The notes beneath the pieces were generated by a model. That model was not told where the DNA came from, did not search any database, and worked only from the letters and a program-made list of their open reading frames with translations. A stretch of DNA of 64,000 bases from a virus (Duplodnaviria > Caudoviricetes), in IMG/VR virus record IMGVR_UViG_2585427591_000001, positions 1 through 64,000 of that record, one strand, 5' to 3'. Numbering within the stretch: position 1 is the first letter of the stretch; each line of letters begins with the position of its first letter. Positions 56,901 to 64,000 of this stretch are shown here, piece after piece. A program made the position numbers and the translations under genes.

Positions 56901-57704
56901 TCCGGGTTGGCTGGTACGTCGTCTTCTACCACCGCGGCAAGTAAAGCCGCTCCATCTCCTGTTACAACTTCACCAGCGCCTAAGCCGTCACCTGAGCCTG
57001 TACAGCATGCGCAGGCGGCGAAGAGGAAACAGGATGTAACACCCCCCCCTGTAATACCACTCCCAGCAAATGCGGAAGGCATGCGCCCGGCGGCAGGGGC
57101 TAAGCAAGCGCGCGATGAACCGAAACCGGCTTCAACCAATGCCCATTTATTCAGAAACGCCCAACTGCCTGAATCCGGCTTCGGAATCTTTGACGGCGCA
57201 ATTGAATCAATGGCCAGCAAGGCCGCGAGCGCCGAAGGCATGCGCAGGCCAATAACCGGCGGTGAAAATGCCGGCTTGCGCGCCGCGAAGAGCCAGGGCA
57301 GCATCAGTGAGGCATGGAAGCGTGACGAAGAAGAGAAAAAAGCCGCTAAAGCCCATGCATCACAGGTACCGGCCGCCGCAAAACAGGTGGCGTCTTACTC
57401 ACATCCGCAAAACATCATGTCCGTTACTGACCTGAGAACCGTTCCTGCTGCAAATGTGCCGGCACAATCCAACACGCAGCAAAACCAGAACCAAAATCAG
57501 GCCCAGACGCAGATAGACGCAAAAATGCTGGCGGCGCTGAACAAAATTGCCGGCTTGCTGGAAGACCTGAAAGACGGTCAGAAAAAAGAGGGTAACAGCG
57601 GGCGGGGCACTTTTGTTAAAAACACAGCACAACCCGCGCCGCGTACAACCATCCCGTTAACTATTGCTGATCCGGCAATGGACCGGCTCGCGGCGGACAG
57701 ATAA
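53931..57704 (+). CDS. sit: Tape measure / injection protein Sit with a lysozyme-like domain
   Basis: 1257 aa, Ala/Gly/Lys-rich; RNNNFGN...RFA...EG...FAP..ENNT..Y domain; lies between pmgB and pmgA. Confidence 0.85.
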   Translation: MAESDGKPSGKNVKDDLLDASRIIKTIERTSKKELDVLLSIDKKLEEGEGGRSDTQGTADKRQPRQREEREPPAPRRPRKERNQPPEIKDDTISVRKKSRRTASATTEPATQEPGPPVLRQRQKRESRQTPESKSPEQLTVRAAPAKRPLPPSPQTRPRRDSGGKFTSSADKSKENRDDARHKEAMNEEEKSRSVFQRIGDMVKKADTKEIEGTALDAAGVAAGGTFWKAGKEAIELVKNTASMLKLGNEDDEDEKKNGKFFGKIKKLFSKKPPTVTPVDDNPTQERPAGAGIGKGRNPAAIISAGTAPASPAGIGLKGAKGARASATSLDVTNRNIQKLNVEKTEEQTAAINEGNQLIVEKLDDLLKAQGGNGGGGGGLSGLIGNALTLGATMWVSKFGKKLLAGILSGLGLGALKKLLPGGGDGGSDIDGPDKDKKKGKGKGKGTPRKKSGKGLFKTILKTGKNVANPAAAVAGTAAVATAGVVYANRANVDPVGDTSDADAKEKTKSQAKASKNSAQSAKPAKAGETVKVGRVATPEEIAARKAGKPITAATGEVAEIGAARVAEKGGVKAGEKAAAKVAAKGALKLGVKAIPLVGTIAGVGIDAVEGITDTEGQKTAFGLGEKDDVSNRQVAEYTAANVLNMGGLVSGGAGYLSKGADWLGMDKTADFLDFDTAGMARGIHGLTETTKDTISSINNGIYGAATSAAGWLGFGKDKKMSDSDKKQAESREDERTKTLTDTIKTGATGTIGAIEDMSKSMLDVLIPSAAASVDAPVTPVQGMGMSSPLRFTPSQPDSNTVSPALNIGGRNANVRSFRNNNFGNVNFAGQEGAQLEKANANGEQRFAKWNTPEEGMRGLANQLMLYSTGKSKHGQAKSIDKILDIFAPNSENNTSKYKADLAGALNVSQTDDLKLDDPKVMTKVIRAIATLEGGNPQVKDEFIQKAIGGYDYSKGKWEGKFNAETLAIVNEQRKAKGLEPITESDQNSFSGLAGTSSSTTAASKAAPSPVTTSPAPKPSPEPVQHAQAAKRKQDVTPPPVIPLPANAEGMRPAAGAKQARDEPKPASTNAHLFRNAQLPESGFGIFDGAIESMASKAASAEGMRRPITGGENAGLRAAKSQGSISEAWKRDEEEKKAAKAHASQVPAAAKQVASYSHPQNIMSVTDLRTVPAANVPAQSNTQQNQNQNQAQTQIDAKMLAALNKIAGLLEDLKDGQKKEGNSGRGTFVKNTAQPAPRTTIPLTIADPAMDRLAADR

Positions 57705-57713
57705 GGGCCTCAT

Positions 57714-58067
57714 ATGCTGTATGAAATAGACGCGCTGCTCGATGTAGATGCTGGCGGCATCATTGTTCACGAAGGTGATCGCGAAGCACTGCTTGAGCGC
57801 CTTGACGACTGGCTATGTACCCCGCGGAGTTCGGTCTATGGGTTCCCGGACTGGGGCAACCGGCTGGCGCGGTTCAAGCACGCGCCGCAGAACGAAACGA
57901 CAGCCGTGGAGATTGAGCACGACATCATCGACACGCTACGCAAAGACATTCCGTCGCTCAAAATTGCGGGCATTGTTTGTACCCTCGTGCCCGGAGTATC
58001 TGACCGCTGGGTTATCACTATCACGCTCGGGAATGGCGCGGAATTTAGCAAGGAATTACCGGTATGA
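57714..58067 (+). CDS. pmgA: PmgA (T4 gp25-like baseplate wedge subunit)
   Basis: RL.DWL.TP..SVYG.P.WGN.L..FKH.P. Confidence 0.85.
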   Translation: MLYEIDALLDVDAGGIIVHEGDREALLERLDDWLCTPRSSVYGFPDWGNRLARFKHAPQNETTAVEIEHDIIDTLRKDIPSLKIAGIVCTLVPGVSDRWVITITLGNGAEFSKELPV

Positions 58068-59488
58068 ATCAAAAAGACGTTAACGACAGGTTTACTGCAC
58101 TGCTTGAGAAAGACAGCTGGTGGTCAAAGTTTGTCGGCTCGCAGTTCGTCTCTATGTTGTCCCTGTTCGTTGGTCAAATGGTTTACAGGTGTGAGCAATT
58201 TGCCGCGCGCGCGCTTCAAGAGGGTTTTATCAGTATTGCAACTCGGCGTGCCTCGATACTGGCCGCAGCTGAGGACCGCGGATACGTTGGCCGCCGCATA
58301 TCGCCCTCCACTGGCCTGGCATCGGTGACGAATAACACCACGGCGCGCCTGCAATTACCAATTTACTCAACGTTCCAGTCAGAAGAGCTTGAGCAGTACA
58401 TGCTCATGGATGCCGTTGATCTGGAAGCCGGAGAAACGAAAGAACTGGCTGCAAGCCAACTGGAAATATTCGTCGTTGAGAAGACAGTTGAGGCTGAAGA
58501 GCCTTTTCTAACCGTCATTCTCTCGCGCGACATGACTGCCGTCTGCCACTCTATTGATGTGTACGTGATCGTCGATACCCTGCGTGTTAAATGGGAAAAG
58601 TCATTCCAGTTCCGCTCCGCAAATAATACCAGCCTGGTTTACACCGAGTTTTATAAACCGTCTGAGCAAATGGGGATCCGCTTCGGTGACGGCTCAACCG
58701 GCGTTATGCCGCCCGCTGGCAGTGTAATTAGCCTCGACGTCTGGTGTACGAACGGACAGACAACACTGGTACAGGGACAAAAGCTGATCCCCACAGATGA
58801 TTTTGCTGAGCTTGAAAATGACATCACTGTAATCACCACCAGCCCGATATCCGGGGGCACGCCGGCGGAATCGACTGAAGAGACGCGCGCTCGGGCACAA
58901 TACTTTGTGTCGTATGACGAACAGGTTGTTTGGGGTGATGACTACACGTTTTATCTCAAAAACCACATAGGAGGGATCAGTTGGTTGCGCTGCTGGGGGG
59001 AAATGGATCAGGAAAAATTCACGGGTTATGACCTGGCGAACATTAACAGCATCTTTTTGTGCGGCCACAAACCCGGCCTCACGCAAGAAGAACTGCACGC
59101 GGCGTTTACTGAAAAGCTGGAATCCATACCGAACAAAATGAATAAGCGGTTTCGTCTGATAGATGCAAATTTCCGGCCATTCACAATAACCCTGACAGGC
59201 AATGTCCCTTCAACATCAGTGCCAAATGAAGTGGAAATAACACTAAAAAACGAGCTTGGGACACGTTTCGGGCGAGATTCTCAGCTATTTGAGACAGGCG
59301 GGGGCTTTAAAGCCATTACCGAAGACCAGATTTGGGCATTCATAGACGCTCTGGGTTACTTCACTAATTACGTCGTTGATATTGTGCTCGTTGATAATGT
59401 GGACCCGCTGATAGCAGTAAATCTTGAAGACTTTATCTATCTCGATCCGCAGCTATCAACCTTCAACATAACGTTCCAGAAAAGCTAA
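58064..59488 (+). CDS. bplA: Baseplate protein BplA
   Basis: WSKFVGSQFVSM, A.RRASILAAAE, IRFGDG..G..PP, YDEQVVWG.DY. Confidence 0.88.
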   Translation: MNQKDVNDRFTALLEKDSWWSKFVGSQFVSMLSLFVGQMVYRCEQFAARALQEGFISIATRRASILAAAEDRGYVGRRISPSTGLASVTNNTTARLQLPIYSTFQSEELEQYMLMDAVDLEAGETKELAASQLEIFVVEKTVEAEEPFLTVILSRDMTAVCHSIDVYVIVDTLRVKWEKSFQFRSANNTSLVYTEFYKPSEQMGIRFGDGSTGVMPPAGSVISLDVWCTNGQTTLVQGQKLIPTDDFAELENDITVITTSPISGGTPAESTEETRARAQYFVSYDEQVVWGDDYTFYLKNHIGGISWLRCWGEMDQEKFTGYDLANINSIFLCGHKPGLTQEELHAAFTEKLESIPNKMNKRFRLIDANFRPFTITLTGNVPSTSVPNEVEITLKNELGTRFGRDSQLFETGGGFKAITEDQIWAFIDALGYFTNYVVDIVLVDNVDPLIAVNLEDFIYLDPQLSTFNITFQKS

Positions 59489-59497
59489 GGGCCAATC

Positions 59498-60832
59498 ATG
59501 GAAAAAGGATGGCTCCGCGCAAGGTTGACCCCGGAGAAGCGTAAATCGCCGCTTTGGTGCGGGCTTGCTGACGCGATTGAAAGCCTGGTATCTGAAGTCG
59601 TAGAGCCCATTCTCAAGCGTATCGATGATCGGAAATCATTCTATACAATGGATGAGCGTGACCTGGACCGCCGCATTGCTGAGCTCGGGCAGTTCTTCGC
59701 ATTGCGTACGGCATCATCAACAAGTAAACCCCTGTTGCTGACGCAGCGACTCGATGAAATTCACCTCAAAGACACTGACCAACCGTTGATCAACACCTTC
59801 TGGCGGGAATTCTACGGCCTTAAAGTCGCATGGTCCCCTTACTGGGCTCCGATAGACCAGGAGAATTATCCGTACGGACGGCTTTTCACAGTGGAAACAG
59901 GGAAAGACGAGGCTGAATTACTTTACGGCGAGATGTTTCTGACGTCGCGCGGGGTTATCGCGCTAAACCTGGCTGATGTATATGAAATATACGGTGATGC
60001 AGGCACGTCGATGGCAATAATGGAATTGCTGAATGACTTTGAGTTGTACATCACCCCATTATTACCCCGGCACATCGTATTTGACGGGGTTGTGATCACC
60101 TTGGAGGTGACGCTTGTCGAGCGACCTGAGTATATCTGGCTTGAGGAAATCGAAGGCTATTTGCATGAGCCGGTGACGCTGAAAGAGCGTGAGGAAGTCA
60201 TTTCAGTTGAAATTGATACGGAAATCGGACCTATAGGCTTCCTGCCAGTTGCCCCCACGCACCGCAGTGATGTTTTTCGTTATGACGACATCCCGGCTGA
60301 CGCCTGGATAACAGACGTCTGGCGCGCGCCGGATCTCTTCGAACCCGGTGTTTACATCATCAAAGATGATCCGGGTGAAGTCGAGATTGGTTTCACGCCG
60401 GAGAATGAAGGAAATGAACTCCAGTATGTTGCTACTGAAGAGCGGCAAGACATCATCGAAACAAATGCGATGGTGGAATTAGACATATCGTTTGAGCCCA
60501 TCCCGACTACGTTTAGTACTGGCGAGATCGCTTATTTTGACAAAATCCCGGCTGACGCTTGGATAACTGACCTATGCTTAGTACCTGATATTCACGAACC
60601 TGCCGTAAATCTTCTTTATACGAATTCTTTGTCACTAATAATTAAGCCGTCGCCACGTATAACGTCGAATGTTCTATTTGAAGTGATTAAGCCGTTGCCG
60701 CGCCTGAATGCTAATTCCTTATCTGAAATAATTAAGCCGTTACCACGTATCAATTCAAATGAATTATCTGTAATGAAAAAAGGATCTCCGCAAATTCATA
60801 ACAGTGTACTTTCAATTATGAGGCAAATATGA
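59498..60832 (+). CDS. Baseplate protein gp16-like with an extended, repetitive C-terminus
   Basis: WL..RLT..K.KSPLW, ELGQFF, QRLDEIH.K, FLTSRG, LP.HIVFDG; duplicated DDIPADAWITD; 15-aa repeats. Confidence 0.85.
   Translation: MEKGWLRARLTPEKRKSPLWCGLADAIESLVSEVVEPILKRIDDRKSFYTMDERDLDRRIAELGQFFALRTASSTSKPLLLTQRLDEIHLKDTDQPLINTFWREFYGLKVAWSPYWAPIDQENYPYGRLFTVETGKDEAELLYGEMFLTSRGVIALNLADVYEIYGDAGTSMAIMELLNDFELYITPLLPRHIVFDGVVITLEVTLVERPEYIWLEEIEGYLHEPVTLKEREEVISVEIDTEIGPIGFLPVAPTHRSDVFRYDDIPADAWITDVWRAPDLFEPGVYIIKDDPGEVEIGFTPENEGNELQYVATEERQDIIETNAMVELDISFEPIPTTFSTGEIAYFDKIPADAWITDLCLVPDIHEPAVNLLYTNSLSLIIKPSPRITSNVLFEVIKPLPRLNANSLSEIIKPLPRINSNELSVMKKGSPQIHNSVLSIMRQI
60623..60805 (+). repeat. 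Four 45-nt (15-aa) tandem repeats in the gp16 C-terminus
   Basis: ATTAAGCCGT at 60641, 60686 and 60731; SLSLIIKPSPRITSN / VLFEVIKPLPRLNAN / SLSEIIKPLPRINSN / ELSVMKKGSPQIHNS. Confidence 0.85.
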
Positions 60833-61854
60833 AAAAAATTATATGGATGCAGGGTTTTAACCATTTCCCAGAATTTTCTGGCGTTACGCCTGCTGAAAAA
60901 TTTAAGGGTTTTTTGAACCGATTCGCCATTCTCCCAGGCTATGAGTGTAATATTGCGTCTGCTGCAAAAATAGGAACGATGACTTTTAATGGTGTGTCAC
61001 ATAAAGGCCTTCTAATTTGTACGCAGGGAACTCAGTCAGTGTTTTCAGTGAGTATACCTTGGGCGGGCTCAAACACAGGCAAGCGCGTCTACTATGGCGC
61101 ACGTGTGTCTGCATCCGACACAGTTCAAGGTGCGGATCTCGCAGTAATAAAAAATGATGCGTCTACTATGCTGGCTACGATAAAAGCATACGGCAAAAAT
61201 GATGATTACTTTATTGAATGCGTAGTCGATACAGAAAAAAAGGTGGCGAGTTTATACGCAAACAGAACCCTAATTGGGACAGTATCAAAGTATTCGACAT
61301 CGAATTATTTGAATTTTTTCCTCGGTTCTGATGCCACATATTCACGGGCATCCAAGTCAGGAATTGGCATTTGCTGGTCTGATTTTTATTACGCAGAAGA
61401 AGAAATCGATGGCACACAAGGTGAACCTGACGTCTACGGAAATATTTTTATCGATTCTCAAGTTGTTTCAACATTCGAAGGTAATAACGACTATTACAAT
61501 ACAATGGGTATTGATATTGTCGAAGGCCTGAATGCTGTAATCGACATAAATTATGCGGAATCGAGCGGCTATTTGCATGTACCAGAAAGCGTGGGAACGC
61601 TCACATACACACCCGCAGATTTTGAAGCTTCGACGGCTGTAGCTGCACAGATTTCGAGTTACGTTCTCCCGTCGTTTGAAGATTTTGAAATAAAATCAGA
61701 CGTTTTCATTAACGGCATTCCAGAAGAGACAACCAAAAGTAAGGTGTCCTCGGAAAGCGGTGCTTATTACACGCAATATGATGTTATAAACCGCGAAGTG
61801 AGCGTTGAAGAAATCAATTCATTATCTGTAAAAATAGAATCAATAACGAGATAA
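60829..61854 (+). CDS. AT-rich beta-rich putative virion accessory / lectin-like protein
   Basis: ATGA-coupled to gp16; IIWMQGFNHF N-terminus; YFIECVVD...LYAN...SDFYY pattern suggests a ConA-like fold. Confidence 0.65.
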   Translation: MKKIIWMQGFNHFPEFSGVTPAEKFKGFLNRFAILPGYECNIASAAKIGTMTFNGVSHKGLLICTQGTQSVFSVSIPWAGSNTGKRVYYGARVSASDTVQGADLAVIKNDASTMLATIKAYGKNDDYFIECVVDTEKKVASLYANRTLIGTVSKYSTSNYLNFFLGSDATYSRASKSGIGICWSDFYYAEEEIDGTQGEPDVYGNIFIDSQVVSTFEGNNDYYNTMGIDIVEGLNAVIDINYAESSGYLHVPESVGTLTYTPADFEASTAVAAQISSYVLPSFEDFEIKSDVFINGIPEETTKSKVSSESGAYYTQYDVINREVSVEEINSLSVKIESITR

Positions 61855-61900
61855 TATATTAAGTGGCTGGTTATTAAGTTTTTGTTCTTCGAACACTCCT

Positions 61901-61921
61901 GCGGTTCACTTTGAATACACT
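61901..61921 (+). promoter_or_regulatory. Putative Lpa-dependent late promoter of the R-S operon
   Basis: GCGGTTCAC-6 bp-TACACT. Confidence 0.8.
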
Positions 61922-61948
61922 CCGAGATCAGACTGGAAGGAGGTAATC

Positions 61949-62419
61949 ATGGGAAATGATGCGATAACGCTCACTGGCGGGCTGATGGCGAGTGAGAACG
62001 GGGTGTTGTATAAAGCCCAGCTGCTTGACTACTACTACGAGCGCCGCGCGTACTCGTCAATTGGTGTGGGTGAGCGCTTTGAGATGCTGAAAGGGTGGTT
62101 CGGGACCAGTGACCTGGTAACCCAAAACCCGGAAGGGGGCTGGATAATTGCAGACATTCCCCCGGAGTTTTCTAACGCGGATTTCAAAAACAAGTTCGCT
62201 GAATGCGCTCTTCTGCGCAGCTATGCTGACGGGCGCATAACGCTGCGCGCAGAACTGCAAGATAAAGAGCTGCCGGAAAACACACCCTACGATTTCAACA
62301 CGCTGGCCATCGCTGACGCTGAGGCTAATGTGGTTGCGATTCTTTGCATTCAGCAAGACACATTGTACCGCGGTAAGCGCTTTATTGCCGTCCTCACTAT
62401 AGAGACGAGGATTGCGTAA
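61949..62419 (+). CDS. Tail fibre attachment protein R
   Basis: LYKAQLLDYYYERRA.SSI..G.RF, YDFNTL, C.Q.D.LY.GK; precedes S. Confidence 0.8.
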   Translation: MGNDAITLTGGLMASENGVLYKAQLLDYYYERRAYSSIGVGERFEMLKGWFGTSDLVTQNPEGGWIIADIPPEFSNADFKNKFAECALLRSYADGRITLRAELQDKELPENTPYDFNTLAIADAEANVVAILCIQQDTLYRGKRFIAVLTIETRIA

Positions 62420-63726
62420 TGAGTGATCCGAACGAAATGGTTCCCTTCCAGGCAAATGCGTTAATCACCGTTCCCGATTTAGACACTTTTGCGCTTGTTG
62501 CCGATGTTCAGTATCACGAACCCTATGTATCAGGCTCATTGAACCGCAAATTCAGGGGGATCGTTAGTCCAGGAATTTACAACGGCTATCTGCCTGCGCC
62601 GGGCGAAGGGCTTCAATTACTCATCGGGATGGCTGAAGACGGCTTTAGCACAGCATCGGTGAACTTCGGTGAGTACCAGATTACCGTGCAACAGCGCAAA
62701 CCTGTTGCATTGGATCTCATGCCTGGACTGACGCATTTCATCGTGCTTCAGGTCTCATATGCGCTGGGGCAGGAAACTAACCAGGTCAACACTAAATCGA
62801 CGATCGCCGCCGCCGAAATTAAAGCCGTGGCAAGTGTTGGCCAGAATCAGATTGACCTAGCGACGGTAACTATCCCGGCTGGCGCGACGCAAATAACTGA
62901 AGACATGATCGACTGGTCAAGACGGAAAGTTGTCAGGCTGGGAATCGAGATAAGTTCTGCTATTGATAGCACGCGTGAAGACGTGGCGGCCTCAAGTCTT
63001 GCGATTAAATTGGTGATGGACCAACTCGTTATCGCAGAAGAAGGAAGTTATCCGATCGGCTCTCCAATTCCCTGGCCTCTGGATGTAGCGCCAACTGGCT
63101 ATGCAATTATGGCAGGTCAGTCCTTCAATGTGGTCAAATACACCAAATTAGCCATGGTGTACGTCCACGGCGTCCTACCTGATATGCGTGAAAAGACGAT
63201 CAAAGGCGCTTCAGCTAGCCGGTTGCCGCTCACAAACGAAATGCCGGGCATTGGCAAGCACACGCACTCAGGGGCGATAGCACAAACAGACTTGGGAACC
63301 AAAATTACTGAGATATATAACTACGGCACCATAACTTCTGAACGCACTGATCCTGGCAGTGGGATGACCACGTCTTTTGACTACGGCACAAAAACAACAT
63401 CAACAACTGGTGAGCATGCACACATGGTCCCAATAGCGCGTGGAGGGGACGGGGGGGACGGTAAAGACGGTAGCACACCGTACACAACCATCGGCCAAGG
63501 GGACACTGTAACAACAACAAGCGGTGCTCATTCACACGCCGTTGGCATTGGCTCTCATGCGCATACAATGCCATTCCCAGTGCATAGTCACGCAATAAAT
63601 CTTCCATCGCATTCGCACAGTTTGGCGCTGGGCTCGCATAGTCATGCAATCTCTATTTCGTCGACAGGAAACCCTACAACAACTGTACTGAACACTGCAT
63701 TCCACTGGATCGTGAGGCTAGTATGA
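62419..63726 (+). CDS. Tail fibre protein S (short; collar domain plus HxH needle)
   Basis: ALVADVQYHEPY.S..LNRKFRGI..PG.Y.G (P1 S N-terminus), YPIGSPIPWP collar, multiple HxH motifs, NTAFHWIVRL. Confidence 0.9.
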   Translation: MSDPNEMVPFQANALITVPDLDTFALVADVQYHEPYVSGSLNRKFRGIVSPGIYNGYLPAPGEGLQLLIGMAEDGFSTASVNFGEYQITVQQRKPVALDLMPGLTHFIVLQVSYALGQETNQVNTKSTIAAAEIKAVASVGQNQIDLATVTIPAGATQITEDMIDWSRRKVVRLGIEISSAIDSTREDVAASSLAIKLVMDQLVIAEEGSYPIGSPIPWPLDVAPTGYAIMAGQSFNVVKYTKLAMVYVHGVLPDMREKTIKGASASRLPLTNEMPGIGKHTHSGAIAQTDLGTKITEIYNYGTITSERTDPGSGMTTSFDYGTKTTSTTGEHAHMVPIARGGDGGDGKDGSTPYTTIGQGDTVTTTSGAHSHAVGIGSHAHTMPFPVHSHAINLPSHSHSLALGSHSHAISISSTGNPTTTVLNTAFHWIVRLV

Positions 63727-64000
63727 CAGCAACGTTTGAATTCTCTGACCAACCCCAAATTCTCAAAGTTTATAACTTCACTTCTGACACGCATGAGTTT
63801 ATCGGCCAAAGCGATGCTTATATTCCAGAAGACACCGGCTTACCCGCTGATTGCACATTAAACGCACCACCTGAAGAAGTTAAAAGCGGTCACGTTCTGG
63901 TGTGGGATGGCGAAAAATGGAATGAGGTTGAAGACAACCGCAATTCCATCGCATATGACATTCACACGGGCGCGGCGGTTCCTGTAAACACGTTGGGACC
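63723..64000 (+). CDS. Tail fibre assembly protein (Tfa/U family), 3'-truncated by the window
   Basis: MTATFEFSDQPQILKVYNF...EFIGQSDAYIPEDTGLPADCT..APP...W...ED.R. Confidence 0.88.
   Translation, partial: MTATFEFSDQPQILKVYNFTSDTHEFIGQSDAYIPEDTGLPADCTLNAPPEEVKSGHVLVWDGEKWNEVEDNRNSIAYDIHTGAAVPVNTLG

Larger units (their letters stand above)
1..64000. mobile_element. P1-like phage-plasmid / prophage segment extending beyond both window ends
   Basis: Recognisable homologs of P1 C1, Cre, PacA/B, Lpa, Mat, C4/Ant, capsid, sheath, baseplate and tail fibre genes in near-P1 order. Confidence 0.95.

Noticed and set aside
54179-57632. Long antisense ORFs within sit and other structural genes
   Set aside because: Antisense shadows of real genes, with no recognisable motifs.
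63979-63989. TTCCTGTAAAC resembling a gix/cix invertase half-site
   Set aside because: The second half-site does not match, it lies in tfa coding sequence, and no invertase is in the window.

Overview
The window is about 64 kb of a divergent P1-like phage-plasmid (temperate myovirus) from an Enterobacterales host. From left to right it contains: (1) a DNA-damage and cargo region (umuDC, SRAP/YedK, a higBA-type toxin-antitoxin pair, an STM2901-DUF1493-orphan hcp trio, hot/theta); (2) a relocated immI region (C4 antisense RNA, icd-position ORF, mosaic antirepressor) and a DUF1778-GNAT toxin-antitoxin pair; (3) an ~18 kb early operon of small phage genes (C5 methyltransferase, TGT-fold protein, HNH, VRR-NUC, Ead/Ea22-like modules); (4) lpa, an inserted LysR gene, pacA/pacB, c1, a coi-position ORF, cre and mat; (5) a compact P1-type morphogenesis module from gene 26 to tail fibre S and a partial tail fibre assembly gene. 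Gene names rest on my recollection of P1 protein sequences and gene order, not on database searches. The non-coding signals read directly from the sequence are: four arrays of an 11-bp-phased ATGCRCAT-like octamer at three loci, seven copies of a putative C1 operator (TAGCCANNYTCTAAG), four late promoters with GCGGTTCAC exactly 6 bp before the -10 box, an asymmetric loxP-like 34-mer upstream of cre, and a split GATC-rich pac region. No replication or partition genes, tRNAs or CRISPR arrays were seen.
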